The position numbers and the translations under genes are program-made. The notes below the pieces were generated by a model. It was given only the letters and a program-made list of their open reading frames with translations. It searched no databases and was not told the origin of the DNA. Positions 8,712-19,042 of a stretch of DNA of 64,000 bases are shown piece by piece. Source of the stretch: an uncultured Alphaproteobacteria bacterium. Lineage in GTDB: Bacteria; Pseudomonadota; Alphaproteobacteria; RF32; CAG-239. The stretch covers positions 175,507 to 239,506 of the forward strand of contig CALXPT010000001.1 in the NCBI GenBank assembly GCA_944390355.1. The letters run 5' to 3'. Position 1 is the stretch's first letter; each line of letters opens with the position of its first letter.

Positions 8712-10139
8712 TTACGGAATATAAACCGTGTGCAGCATATTCGTTCGACCCTTTTTGCCCAACGGGAAACCTGCCGTAATAATTATATGTTCCCCTGATT
8801 TGGCGTAGCCACTCTTTACCGCTAATTTGACAGCCTCTTCTTCAAACTTGTCAAAGCTGGCGAATATCTTTTTATTCACAAAGCTGTCAACGCCCCAAGC
8901 CAAACCTAAGCGACAGGCAATTTTTTCTTCCGGCGTTATCGCTAATATCGGCAGACGCGGACGCTCCCTTGAGGTTAAAAATGTCGTTAAGCCCGATGAA
9001 GAAAATGTTACGATGGCCGAAACATTTTTTAGTACCGAAGATATTTCACTTGCCGCAAAGGTTATCGAATCTGATTCGCCCTCGCAACAATGATGCTCCT
9101 GGCGCGCACCATCCATCAGTTTGTAAAAAAGAGGGTCGGCCTCTACTTCCGTGATAATATTATTCATCATTTGAACGGCCTCTACCGGATAACGTCCTGC
9201 CGCACTCTCGGCTGACAACATCACTGTATCTGCTCCGTCATAGACTGCCGTGGCAACGTCTGAAGCCTCCGCTCGCGTCGGGGTCGGATTGCTAATCATC
9301 GACTCTAACATTTGAGTGGCTATTATTACCGGACGCGCGTATTTGCGGCAACAAGAAACTATTCTTTTTTGCAATACCGGTACTTGTTGAATCGGGCATT
9401 CTACCCCTAAGTCGCCTCTCGCAACCATTATTCCGTCCGATAACTTGACTATTTCATCTAACTCGGCTATGGCACTCGGTTTTTCAAGCTTAGAGATAAT
9501 CAAAGCCTTATCGCCGATTATGCTTCTTGCCTCACGGACATCGTCCGCCTTTTGGATGAATGACAATGAAATCCAATCAAAACCAAGCTTTAGTGCAAAA
9601 TCTATGTCTTTTTTATCTTTTGCTGTGATTGCTGAAATCGGCAAAGTAATATTGGGGAGATTTACGCCCTTATGACTCGATAAAGCCCCTCCGACTTCAA
9701 CCTTGGTCCAGATATGTGTTTTATCATGTTTTTCAACCAGCAATCTTATGTTGCCGTCGTTTAAGAGCAAATGGTCGCCGGTCTTGACTGCTTGAAAAAT
9801 TTCGGGATGCGGCAAAGTTACACGCTTGACATCTCCCAATTCTTTATCCATATCGAGTAAAAATTTTTGCCCCTCTATCAACATTACCTTGTCTTCTTTG
9901 AACTCGCCTACTCTTAGCTTGGGGCCTTGCATATCGGCTATCAGCGTTATGTGGCGGCCTTTCTCCTTAGCAAGCTTGCGCACAATGTTGTATCTCTCCT
10001 TATGTTCATCATGCGTGCCATGGCTGAAGTTAAAGCGAAACGCATCCGCGCCCGCGTCTATCAACTTTTCTATCACCTCTTTGGAGGCTGATGACGGGCC
10101 TAGAGTTGCTAATATATTCGTCTTGGTTTTTATGGGCAT
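8712..10139 (-). CDS. pyk: Pyruvate kinase
   Basis: 475 aa. Typical PK N-terminus (TKIVATLGP-like), MQGPKLRVG, MVARGDLG motifs. Confidence 0.9.
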   Translation of the reverse strand: MPIKTKTNILATLGPSSASKEVIEKLIDAGADAFRFNFSHGTHDEHKERYNIVRKLAKEKGRHITLIADMQGPKLRVGEFKEDKVMLIEGQKFLLDMDKELGDVKRVTLPHPEIFQAVKTGDHLLLNDGNIRLLVEKHDKTHIWTKVEVGGALSSHKGVNLPNITLPISAITAKDKKDIDFALKLGFDWISLSFIQKADDVREARSIIGDKALIISKLEKPSAIAELDEIVKLSDGIMVARGDLGVECPIQQVPVLQKRIVSCCRKYARPVIIATQMLESMISNPTPTRAEASDVATAVYDGADTVMLSAESAAGRYPVEAVQMMNNIITEVEADPLFYKLMDGARQEHHCCEGESDSITFAASEISSVLKNVSAIVTFSSSGLTTFLTSRERPRLPILAITPEEKIACRLGLAWGVDSFVNKKIFASFDKFEEEAVKLAVKSGYAKSGEHIIITAGFPLGKKGRTNMLHTVYIP

Positions 10140-10302
10140 ATTGTTCCTCCCTTTTTTATTTTCTGCATTATTCTTACCAAATATTCTTTAACAATGTATT
10201 ACATTTTTTTGGGGCTGTGCGTAAATTTATTGCTTGTAAATTAATTCTCTTTTTGTTACAGTCTATGGCAATGTTAACTTATTTTTTTTAAGGAGCTTTA
10301 TT

Positions 10303-10545
10303 ATGAGTGAAGTTGGGGGAATTGACAGCACTAGACTGGCATCTTTGATTGAGAGAATCGAACATCTCGAAGAAGAAAAAGCCGCGATTGCGTCGGATAT
10401 TCGCGATATTTTTGCCGAGGCAAAATCTGCCGGTTTTGATGTTAAAATTATGCGCGCGGTCTTGAAACTGCGCAAGATGAATGCCGCTGACCGCGACGAG
10501 CAAGAAATTTTGCTTGAAACCTATCGTAAGGCATTGGACATCTAG
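10303..10545 (+). CDS. DUF2312 (UPF0335) family small protein, alphaproteobacteria-specific
   Basis: 80-aa ORF with conserved LxxxIERIExLEEEK...IY(A/F)EAK(A/S)xGFD pattern. Terminator follows. Confidence 0.65.
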   Translation: MSEVGGIDSTRLASLIERIEHLEEEKAAIASDIRDIFAEAKSAGFDVKIMRAVLKLRKMNAADRDEQEILLETYRKALDI

Positions 10546-10570
10546 TCTTAGCTTATACAATTTGCTTTAC

Positions 10571-10597
10571 AGCCTCCCTTGCGGGAGGCTTTTTTTG
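10571..10597 (+). terminator. Intrinsic terminator
   Basis: AGCCTCCC-TTGC-GGGAGGCT then TTTTTTT. Confidence 0.6.
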
Positions 10598-10730
10598 TTG
10601 GGTTGGACATATTATTCTTGACAAAATTACACAAATATTATATTCTTTTCTTGTTTATTTTATTATTGTTTAACCCCATAATTTTTTTGTTTATGAATGA
10701 TTATTTTAAAAGACAGTTGGAAAAAAGAGA

Positions 10731-11783
10731 ATGGAACAACTTGCGACTTTTGCAAAAAATAACTCGTTTCCTGAAGATGTGCAGCTTGCTTTAGTTGAGG
10801 CTTTTGCCAATGCTAAATCCGATAAAGAAAAACAAGGTTTGCGCTCTCTGTTTATAGTATTGTTTGCAAATAGTTCATGCAAAATTAGTCCTCAGCTGGT
10901 TCAGCTCTTTGCTGAACAATATCCTTGTGATGCTCTTTTCCAATACGAGCTCGGTATTTCGGACTATAATACAGATGTTAATAACAAGCATTTCTCGGAG
11001 CTTTTAGAAATTGCTGTCAAAAAGCATTTCTTTTCTAATTCTGAATTTCGTCAACGGCTATTTGGTGTTCATTTGCCGTCAAGTGTCGCCGATTATTTGG
11101 TGGATGAGTACCCCAAACATTCCAAGAACGAAAAGGGATGGATTTTGGAATTGTTCAAGTCCTCTTTGTTAAGCAAGAAAGTTCCTAATTTTTCGTTGAA
11201 AACCTATGTTTTTTTATTTCAGCAACATTTAGACATTTCCGATTTTTCAGATCTTTCTCTCGAAGCCGAACGGGAATTACACAACCATTATTCTCTGACT
11301 GAACTATATGGTTATTACCTCAGAAATTTTAATAAGAATAAAGATTATTCCTCTGTGGTTCAGATTTTCCATAAAGTTTTGGCTCATCGTTATGATTCTG
11401 TTTTATCTGAAGTAGTTAATTCTTTATGTCGTGATGAAGAAAAAGTCGTTTGGTTGGCACGCAATTATCCGGAATTTTTTATATTCTATCTGTCTGTCGG
11501 CTCGTTTGATAGCAATATCGTACGGATTTTTCTGTTAGAATCTTCCACTAATGTCAGAAAAATGTTTGTAAATAAGCTGCGTACATCCATAACCTTTGAT
11601 GATAACATACTTGTTCAAACATTTTCCTTGCTTAACGATGACGAGTTGGTCGGATATTTGGATTTTCTTATCAGCCTAGACACTATCAAAGAAATTTTTC
11701 AAAATTCTGCTCTCCGCCAAGCCCTTTTACAAAGAACTGATTGCCCGCTGGCCTTGGAAGTCTTCCGGCAATATGCTCAGTAA
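10731..11783 (+). CDS. Hypothetical protein
   Basis: 350-aa ORF, no recognised domain. Terminator hairpin at about 11806-11836. Confidence 0.45.
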   Translation: MEQLATFAKNNSFPEDVQLALVEAFANAKSDKEKQGLRSLFIVLFANSSCKISPQLVQLFAEQYPCDALFQYELGISDYNTDVNNKHFSELLEIAVKKHFFSNSEFRQRLFGVHLPSSVADYLVDEYPKHSKNEKGWILELFKSSLLSKKVPNFSLKTYVFLFQQHLDISDFSDLSLEAERELHNHYSLTELYGYYLRNFNKNKDYSSVVQIFHKVLAHRYDSVLSEVVNSLCRDEEKVVWLARNYPEFFIFYLSVGSFDSNIVRIFLLESSTNVRKMFVNKLRTSITFDDNILVQTFSLLNDDELVGYLDFLISLDTIKEIFQNSALRQALLQRTDCPLALEVFRQYAQ

Positions 11784-11846
11784 ACTCTCTCTTTTTCTTT
11801 TGTGCAAAAGCTCCCTCTCGGAGGCTTTTTTGTGTTGGTTTCCTGA

Positions 11847-12332
11847 CTAGAAGCCCCAGCGGTTGTAGGGTGGGAGTTTGATTAAGTTACAGCCTTTATC
11901 CCCCATTTTTTCACAATCTGCCGACACCTCGCTCATCTCTATATTCAAGACATTATATATCACATAATTTTTGGCTTTAATCGTTACATGATACGGCGTC
12001 ATAAAAGTTTGTACCGATATATCTTGGTAGGTGCTGTGTTTGTCCATTTCATTCGGGCTTTTCAAAAACGGCAGGCAGGTGTATGTGTCCTCATCTTCTT
12101 CCGGCGTGCAGGACAATGCGTGATTTTCCTTATCATAAACTATCAGCAAATAAGGATTTTGCGCGCCCTCTTTATTTTTGATTTTGGTTACAATGATGTC
12201 GCCCGAAAAAATGTTGCCTTCCTGCGGGTTAGGATTTTTCCACCAGCCGTATTTGGACTCTCTTAAGAGCAAAAAGCTTAATGCTATCACAACAACCAAA
12301 ACCGCTGATACAATAACGTAAATCTTTTTCAT
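11847..12332 (-). CDS. Hypothetical membrane-anchored/secreted protein
   Basis: 161 aa. N-terminal hydrophobic segment. Confidence 0.45.
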   Translation of the reverse strand: MKKIYVIVSAVLVVVIALSFLLLRESKYGWWKNPNPQEGNIFSGDIIVTKIKNKEGAQNPYLLIVYDKENHALSCTPEEDEDTYTCLPFLKSPNEMDKHSTYQDISVQTFMTPYHVTIKAKNYVIYNVLNIEMSEVSADCEKMGDKGCNLIKLPPYNRWGF

Positions 12333-12349
12333 CTTGTCCCCCTTTTTTA

Positions 12350-12868
12350 TTACAGTTTCAAAATTATACCAACAACCGCACCCAAAACAATATAGAGAAT
12401 CGGGCTTTTTTTGAACTTATGAAACGCGGCAAAAAACACAACAAATATCACCCCATCCACCCAGCTTTGCATGGAAATTTTAACAATTTCCCAGCCGGCC
12501 ATACAGATTAAGGCGATTACGGCCGGACGGATGCCTGACAAAACGCTATGAACTATCGGATTATCCTTAAAGCGCGTCAGTAAGCGCGCGATGATGACTA
12601 TAATTATAACCGAGGGCAATACCAAACCCAAAGTCGAAACCGCTGCCCCGCTCACTCCTGCCGCCTTAAATCCCGCAAAAGTTGCCATATTCACACCCAA
12701 GGGGCCAGGGGTGGACTCCGAAACAGCTATCATATCCGCCAATTCCGAGGCCGTGAACCAGCTATAATGCTCAGTTAAATCAAACAAAAACGGAACCGTT
12801 ACCAGTCCGCCGCCAATCGCAAATAGGCCGATTTTGAAAAACTCAAAAAACAAGGTTAGGTACAGCAT
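12350..12868 (-). CDS. chrA: Chromate transporter ChrA, C-terminal half (split short-chain CHR)
   Basis: 172 aa, repeated CHR domain pattern (FKIGLFxxGGG...). Start overlaps stop of upstream half. Confidence 0.7.
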   Translation of the reverse strand: MLYLTLFFEFFKIGLFAIGGGLVTVPFLFDLTEHYSWFTASELADMIAVSESTPGPLGVNMATFAGFKAAGVSGAAVSTLGLVLPSVIIIVIIARLLTRFKDNPIVHSVLSGIRPAVIALICMAGWEIVKISMQSWVDGVIFVVFFAAFHKFKKSPILYIVLGAVVGIILKL

Positions 12869-13413
12869 TATTTGCCCCCTTTCTTGTTTAATCCACTTAT
12901 CTTATACTTGGCGAATCCAAGTAAACCGGCCGATACTACCACAATCACCGCCGATACATTCAAAAACAGCACCGACACGAATGATAATGCAAAAATAACA
13001 TATCCCAATTTGCAATTCACGCTCTTTTGCCACAAATCCCACACCGTGGCGGCAATCAAGGCGACGACGACAATCCTTATCCCTGCAAAGGCATGATTTA
13101 AGTACGGGTTTTGCATATAAACATCGAGAATCGCCGCAATCGTACTAATTATGATAAATGACGGCAATATAATCGCCAATGTTGCAAGACACGCGCCCAA
13201 TACACCATACAACTTATAGCCAATAAAAGTCGCAACATTAACAGAAATTATCCCAGGGGTGCTTTGCCCAACCGCGTAATAATCCAATAGTTCTTCTTCT
13301 GAGGCCCAATGATGTCTGCGCACTACTTCATCTTGCAATAACGGCAGCATTGCATAGCCACCGCCAAACGTAAACAGTCCGATTTTGAAAAAGGTTATGA
13401 ACAACTGCAGCAT
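12868..13413 (-). CDS. chrA: Chromate transporter ChrA, N-terminal half
   Basis: 181 aa, CHR motif FKIGLFTFGGGYAMLP. Confidence 0.7.
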   Translation of the reverse strand: MLQLFITFFKIGLFTFGGGYAMLPLLQDEVVRRHHWASEEELLDYYAVGQSTPGIISVNVATFIGYKLYGVLGACLATLAIILPSFIIISTIAAILDVYMQNPYLNHAFAGIRIVVVALIAATVWDLWQKSVNCKLGYVIFALSFVSVLFLNVSAVIVVVSAGLLGFAKYKISGLNKKGGK

Positions 13414-13499
13414 TTTTTGAAATATCCGTTTTTTTATTTTTTTCGTTATTATATTATTTATGTTAGTTCAAAGAGTCAAAGAAATTTAAGAGGTTAACA

Positions 13500-14606
13500 A
13501 TGATTATTTCTATTCCTAAAGAAATAACTAAAGATGAAAAAAGAGTGGCGGCTACGCCCGAAACCGTCAGAAAACTTAAGGCTCTCGGCGCGGAGGTTTA
13601 TGTCGAATCCATGGCGGGGGGGCTTTCCGGTTTTGATGATGCGGCGTTTGCCAATGCCGGTGCAAAAATTTGTGTTAATCCTCGCGATGTTTACGAAAAT
13701 GCCGATTTAGTCTTAAAAGTTAATGCTCCTCTTAACGAAGAACTTGAGCTCATTAAAAAAGGAGCTATCATCATTGCTCACTTTAATACTCTTCAGAATA
13801 AAGAATCTCTCGCGTATTTGGCGCAGAAAGATTTGACCTGTTTGGCTATGGATTTAATCCCGAGAATCTCTCGCGCGCAGAGTATGGATGTGTTATCCTC
13901 TCAGAGCAATTTGGCCGGATATCGAGCCGTTATCGAAGGTGTTTATCAACTCCGGCGCGCCGTGCCGTTCATGATTACCGCTGCGGGGACAATTTCTCCG
14001 GCAAAGGTTTTGGTGTTGGGGGCGGGCGTGGCCGGTTTGCAGGCCATTGCAACTGCCAAAAGGCTCGGAGCGCAAGTGTTTGCTTCCGATGTGCGCGCGG
14101 CGGCCAAAGAACAGGTCGAATCGCTCGGGGCTAAGTTTTTGGCGGTTGATATGAAAGAAAACCTCGAATCCGCCGGAGGCTATGCCAAAGAAGCTTCCCA
14201 AGAGTATCAGCAACGGCAAAAAGAACTCGTTACGCAACAACTTTCCCAAACCGACATCGCCATTACAACCGCCCTTATCCCAGGGAAAAAAGCACCGATT
14301 TTAATTACGCGTGAAATGCTTAAAAATATGCCGGACGGTGCCGTGGTCGTTGACCTTGCTTCTGCTAACGGCGGAAACGTCGAAGGGGTTAAAGACGGAG
14401 AAATCTCTTATATTCACGGGGTGAAAGTTATCGGCTACTCTCATGCCGTTAATGATGTGGCGCAAACAGCCTCCGAGCTCTTTGCACGCAATCTTTTTAA
14501 TTTGGTCGCGGCTTTTTGGGACAAAGACTCTCTTGCTTTTGTTCCTAAAACGGATGATGAAATTTGTAATGCTATTTGTATCGTTGAACACGGAGTGTTA
14601 AGATGA
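13500..14606 (+). CDS. pntA: NAD(P) transhydrogenase alpha subunit part 1 (dI)
   Basis: 368 aa. AlaDH/PNT N- and C-domains. GAGVAGL Rossmann motif. Confidence 0.85.
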   Translation: MIISIPKEITKDEKRVAATPETVRKLKALGAEVYVESMAGGLSGFDDAAFANAGAKICVNPRDVYENADLVLKVNAPLNEELELIKKGAIIIAHFNTLQNKESLAYLAQKDLTCLAMDLIPRISRAQSMDVLSSQSNLAGYRAVIEGVYQLRRAVPFMITAAGTISPAKVLVLGAGVAGLQAIATAKRLGAQVFASDVRAAAKEQVESLGAKFLAVDMKENLESAGGYAKEASQEYQQRQKELVTQQLSQTDIAITTALIPGKKAPILITREMLKNMPDGAVVVDLASANGGNVEGVKDGEISYIHGVKVIGYSHAVNDVAQTASELFARNLFNLVAAFWDKDSLAFVPKTDDEICNAICIVEHGVLR

Positions 14607-14914
14607 TTGATTTTTGGATGCTTATGACAATTTTGGTTTTGGCTTGTTTTGTCGGCTATTTTGTTGTGTGGGGCGTTACTCCCGCTTTGCACTCCCCGTT
14701 GATGAGTGTTTCTAACGCTATCTCGGGCGTGGTTATTGTCGGGGCTTTAATAACCGCCGGAATTGATGATATGAATGAGGTTAAAATCTTGGGTTTGGCG
14801 GCCGTTGTTCTTGCTTCTATCAACATTTTCGGAGGGTTTGCCGTTACGCAACGTATGCTCCTCATGTTCAAGAAAAAGAAAGCTTCAACCCCTGCCCTTA
14901 AGGAGAAGAAATAA
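14603..14914 (+). CDS. pntA: NAD(P) transhydrogenase alpha subunit part 2 (membrane dII-alpha)
   Basis: 103-aa hydrophobic ORF overlapping pntAA stop. Three-gene pnt arrangement. Confidence 0.8.
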   Translation: MIDFWMLMTILVLACFVGYFVVWGVTPALHSPLMSVSNAISGVVIVGALITAGIDDMNEVKILGLAAVVLASINIFGGFAVTQRMLLMFKKKKASTPALKEKK

Positions 14915-16275
14915 TGTCCGCTTCTATGTTAAGTTTTTGCTATTTGCTCTCTTGTGTTTTGTTTATCCTTTCCATTCGCGGATTGGCCAGCCCCGAAACC
15001 GCTCGAAAGGGAAATGTTTTGGGCTTAGTCGGCATGGTACTCGCTATTGCCGCTACCATCGCTTCCCCTTCCGTTGCCGAATATGTCTGGGTTATTATTG
15101 CTATTTTGCTCGGCGGGGGAATCGGTACCTATTTCGCTCTTAAGGTCAAAATGACTTCTCTCCCGCAGATGATTGCCGCTTTTAACGGAATGGGCGGTTT
15201 GTCCGCCGTGTTTATCTCCCTAGCGGAGATACTCTCCGGTTCCGATATGCGAATTGAAAATACGCTCGGACTTATTATCGGAGCCGTGGCTTTTTCCGGC
15301 TCAATGATTGCTTTTGCTAAACTCCATGGACTCATTAAGGCTAAAGCTATTGTTTTTGTCGGACAGCAATTTTTAAACCTTATTTTGGCTCTGTGTTCCC
15401 TCGGGGTTTGTGCTTATTTTGTTATCAGCGGCGATATTGTCGGCTTTTATGCCCTTGCCGGTCTGTGTCTTGTTTTGGGAATTTTGATTGTTTTGCCTAT
15501 CGGCGGGGCTGATATGCCCGTGGTTATCTCTATCCTTAATGCTTATTCCGGTTGGGCCGGCGTGGCTATCGGTTTTTCCCTCAACAATGTTCTTTTGATT
15601 ATTGTCGGGGCTATTGTCGGTGCCAGCGGTGCTATTCTCTCCTATATTATGGTTAAAGCCATGAACCGCTCTCTATCCTCGGTTATGCTTGGTGGTTTCG
15701 GGGGCAGACATACTGCGGCCGCTTCCTATCAAGATGATGCTAAAGTTGCTAAAGTCGGAAGTCCCGAAGACGCTGCTTTTGCAATGGAAAATGCAAATAA
15801 AGTCATTATTGTTCCGGGGTATGGGATGGCGGCGGCTCAAGCTCAGCATATTTTGAAAACCATGGGCGATGATTTGCACAAAAAATATGGGGTCAAAGTT
15901 ATGTATGCTATTCATCCGGTGGCGGGGCGTATGCCGGGGCATATGAATGTTCTTCTTGCCGAAGCTAATGTCCCTTATGAAGATGTGTTTGAACTCGAGG
16001 CAATTAACCGTGAGTTTGCCACCGCCGACGTTGCCTATGTTATCGGCGCAAACGATGTAACCAACCCTTTGGCTAAAACAGCTCCGGACTCCCCTATCTA
16101 TGGTATGCCGGTTCTTGACGTTGAAAAAGCAAAAACCGTGTTCTTTGTCAAACGTTCGCTCAACAGTGGCTATTCCGGCGTGGAAAACCCTTTGTTTTTT
16201 GCCGATAACACTTTTATGCTTTACGGCGATGCCAAAAAAGTTACCGAAGAAATTGTCAGCGTTTTGGAAAAGTAA
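14914..16275 (+). CDS. pntB: NAD(P) transhydrogenase beta subunit
   Basis: 453 aa. Membrane N-terminus plus dIII NADP(H)-binding C-terminus (GYGMAAAQA motif). Confidence 0.85.
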   Translation: MSASMLSFCYLLSCVLFILSIRGLASPETARKGNVLGLVGMVLAIAATIASPSVAEYVWVIIAILLGGGIGTYFALKVKMTSLPQMIAAFNGMGGLSAVFISLAEILSGSDMRIENTLGLIIGAVAFSGSMIAFAKLHGLIKAKAIVFVGQQFLNLILALCSLGVCAYFVISGDIVGFYALAGLCLVLGILIVLPIGGADMPVVISILNAYSGWAGVAIGFSLNNVLLIIVGAIVGASGAILSYIMVKAMNRSLSSVMLGGFGGRHTAAASYQDDAKVAKVGSPEDAAFAMENANKVIIVPGYGMAAAQAQHILKTMGDDLHKKYGVKVMYAIHPVAGRMPGHMNVLLAEANVPYEDVFELEAINREFATADVAYVIGANDVTNPLAKTAPDSPIYGMPVLDVEKAKTVFFVKRSLNSGYSGVENPLFFADNTFMLYGDAKKVTEEIVSVLEK

Positions 16276-16330
16276 CTGCTTATAGTGTTATGATAAAATA
16301 TGATGCGGTTGAAACTCTATTAAAACCGAA

Positions 16331-16365
16331 GGTCTTGAGTCAATATCAAGGCCTTTGTTTTTTTC
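16331..16365 (+). terminator. Intrinsic terminator after pntB
   Basis: GGTCTTGA-loop-TCAAGGCC then TTTGTTTTTTT. Confidence 0.5.
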
Positions 16366-17570
16366 TAACTCACTTTGATTTCACATTTGCGGATGTTATC
16401 CTGCGACAGGCTTATAATGTAATTCTCCAGTTCGCTTATTATCGGTTCTTCCAATTGTTCTATTTGTGATTTCGGGGTTATTGCCAAATGGTAGTATATC
16501 GCCCCGTTTTCGTATTCTCCCCAATAACGGACATCGCCGCCGTTATATAAATTCGCTTGCCAATTGGCATCTAATTTATCCAGTGCCCAAGCAAACTCTG
16601 CTTCCCTACTCTCCTTATTTTCATATGCATCAAATGCATTATACACTTCGTTGTTAAACGGAGCTGGCGTGGTTGCTCGGATATAGCGTATCGCCTCCTG
16701 CTCCCGTTGAATCTTTTCTAACTTCATCGCCGCATTGTTATATTGCACCGATAACGGAATATCTCCCGTTCTCGCCTCTACTATATCATGAGCCAAAATA
16801 ATTCGGTACAATGCATTTTCATCCATTGTGTGCTGACACAACGGTGTTAAAAACAGTGCCCAATACAAAACTTTTATGATATGCAAATCATCCGTTTCTT
16901 TGCCTCCGCTTGATTTCAGATTATCTCGCTCTACCTTGCACAATTTTTCGACTACTTGCAAAAATTCAAGCAGATTTTCCGTTATCGGAGACACTTCTTG
17001 CTGCTGCGGCGTTACTATTCCCAACAGCGAAGCATAAATTTCGTGGATTATCGGTTCTTTGATTTTTTCTAATAAAACCTCATTTAATAATCCATCACTT
17101 GCCTTGGACTTTTTGAATGTCGGCGACATTATTTCACTATATCGCGTTTGCCAATGCGCTAATGCTCTTACAAGCTTGCTGATATTACTTTTTTGCGATA
17201 AGGCCTCGGTTAAGAGTTCATCTACATTCGGGGCGACTGCCGAAGGGAGTTTGTATATCTCCAATTTTGAAAGCAGCGTTCCCATGTCTTTTTGCTGCAT
17301 TCCTTTAACCACATTATAGTCAAAAAATGTTTCCGGTGCCAACCATGAGCCCAGCAATGCTAATTTTAGCATCTTGGGCAGGTTGAACTTGCCATGCAAA
17401 TACGGATGTATCATAAAACACAAAAAGCACAATTTCAGACAGCGGGCGGCATTGCTCTCTTCCCTTTTCGTGCGGCCTTTTTGCGGAATTGTCTGAGAAT
17501 AAAAAATTTCTATATTTTTCATTACGTCAACAATAGCGGAAATTGTGCTTTTCATGAACGGATACTCCAT
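16365..17570 (-). CDS. HD-domain protein (YfbR/HDDC2-like phosphohydrolase C-terminal domain), translationally coupled to serS
   Basis: 401 aa. H...HDxxExxxGD...D pattern (QHT...AHDIVEARTGDI...LDKLD). Start overlaps serS stop (TAATG). Confidence 0.5.
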   Translation of the reverse strand: MEYPFMKSTISAIVDVMKNIEIFYSQTIPQKGRTKREESNAARCLKLCFLCFMIHPYLHGKFNLPKMLKLALLGSWLAPETFFDYNVVKGMQQKDMGTLLSKLEIYKLPSAVAPNVDELLTEALSQKSNISKLVRALAHWQTRYSEIMSPTFKKSKASDGLLNEVLLEKIKEPIIHEIYASLLGIVTPQQQEVSPITENLLEFLQVVEKLCKVERDNLKSSGGKETDDLHIIKVLYWALFLTPLCQHTMDENALYRIILAHDIVEARTGDIPLSVQYNNAAMKLEKIQREQEAIRYIRATTPAPFNNEVYNAFDAYENKESREAEFAWALDKLDANWQANLYNGGDVRYWGEYENGAIYYHLAITPKSQIEQLEEPIISELENYIISLSQDNIRKCEIKVS

Positions 17571-18859
17571 TATTTTACATTTTTGCCAATCTTGGTTTTG
17601 CCTCCCAGATAGGGGCGCAACTTACTTGGGATATTTACACTGCCGTCTTCGTTTTGGTGGCACTCTATAAACGGTACCAATGCGCGCGGCGTGGCTATGC
17701 CGGTGTTGTTTAAGGTATGAACAAACTTCACCTTGCCGTCGGCATTATCGCGATAACGCAAATTCGTACGGCGAGCTTGCCACTCCGTGATATTTGAGCA
17801 TGAATGCGTTTCCCGATAGCAATTTTGCGACGGAACCCATGCCTCTAGGTCATACTGACGGTATTTCGGCGCACCCATGTCTCCGGTACAAATATCTAAG
17901 ACCTGATACGGCAATTCCAAGTCCTGCAAAACTTCTTCCGAAATTTTTAGCAATGTTTGATGCCACTTCTCGCTCTCTCTTATATCATTTTTGCAGATGA
18001 CAAACTGTTCGGTTTTCATAAACTGGTGGACACGAACCAATCCTCTCGTATCTTTGCCCGCGGCTCCCGCTTCTCGTCTGAAACACGGCGAGAATCCGGC
18101 ATAAAGTATCGGAAGCTCGTTTTCGGGAATGATTTCATCGGCGCGCAGAGAGTTCAAGATAAGCTCCGCCGTACCCGATAGGTATATATCGTCTGCAGGC
18201 ATATAATAAATTTCATCCCGCGAAAAAGGCAAATATCCCTGCCCATACAGCGGTTTTTCTTTCGATAATGCCGGAACGGTTATCACCGTAAAACCATGCG
18301 CACGCAATTTATCCAAAACCATCATGTGCAGGGCTAATTCCAACTGCGCTAAATCATTCTTTATGGCATAGGTACGCGAGCCAGAAACCTTTGTTATCCG
18401 CTCTAATTCCGACCAATCGTTGATTTCCATTAATTCAACATGGTCTCTCGGCTTAAAGTTAAAGTGCGGAATTTCACCAACCTTGCGTATAACCTTATTG
18501 CCGCTTTCATCCGGACCAACGGGGCAATCTGCACTCGGCATATTGGGCATGCGCCACATAATTTCGTCATATTTCTTTTGTTCGGCATCCAGTTTTTCAA
18601 GTTCTACTTTTAATTTTTCACCTATCGATTTACTCTTGGCGATAATATTCGGGCGTTCTTCCGCGCTTGCTGATTTGATTGAATTACTGAGTTTATTTTT
18701 TTCTTCGGACAGGGCTTGGGAGGAGGTTTTTAACTTGGCTATATCTTTATACAATGCTATTAAGGCGTCTATATCTATATCTTGTTGCGTGTATCCTTTT
18801 TTGGCAAGTCCTTCCTTAATCTCGGCTGGATTTTCCATTATGTATTTTATATCAAACAT
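17570..18859 (-). CDS. serS: Seryl-tRNA synthetase
   Basis: 429 aa. N-terminal coiled-coil arm plus class II core motifs (FRRE, GxGxG-like). Confidence 0.9.
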   Translation of the reverse strand: MFDIKYIMENPAEIKEGLAKKGYTQQDIDIDALIALYKDIAKLKTSSQALSEEKNKLSNSIKSASAEERPNIIAKSKSIGEKLKVELEKLDAEQKKYDEIMWRMPNMPSADCPVGPDESGNKVIRKVGEIPHFNFKPRDHVELMEINDWSELERITKVSGSRTYAIKNDLAQLELALHMMVLDKLRAHGFTVITVPALSKEKPLYGQGYLPFSRDEIYYMPADDIYLSGTAELILNSLRADEIIPENELPILYAGFSPCFRREAGAAGKDTRGLVRVHQFMKTEQFVICKNDIRESEKWHQTLLKISEEVLQDLELPYQVLDICTGDMGAPKYRQYDLEAWVPSQNCYRETHSCSNITEWQARRTNLRYRDNADGKVKFVHTLNNTGIATPRALVPFIECHQNEDGSVNIPSKLRPYLGGKTKIGKNVK

Positions 18860-19042
18860 TTTTCTGTCCTAAATTTCAAAAATAAAAAAAATTACTCTCT
18901 AACGCCTTAAATCATATCTGTTTTGAAAATAAAAACAACAGAAAATTATTATTTCTTATACAAAATATATTCGTGTTGATTTTTATTCGGCCTTGTCTTA
19001 TATTGGCGGAAACGTTTATTGTTTATTTAAGGAATATAAGTC

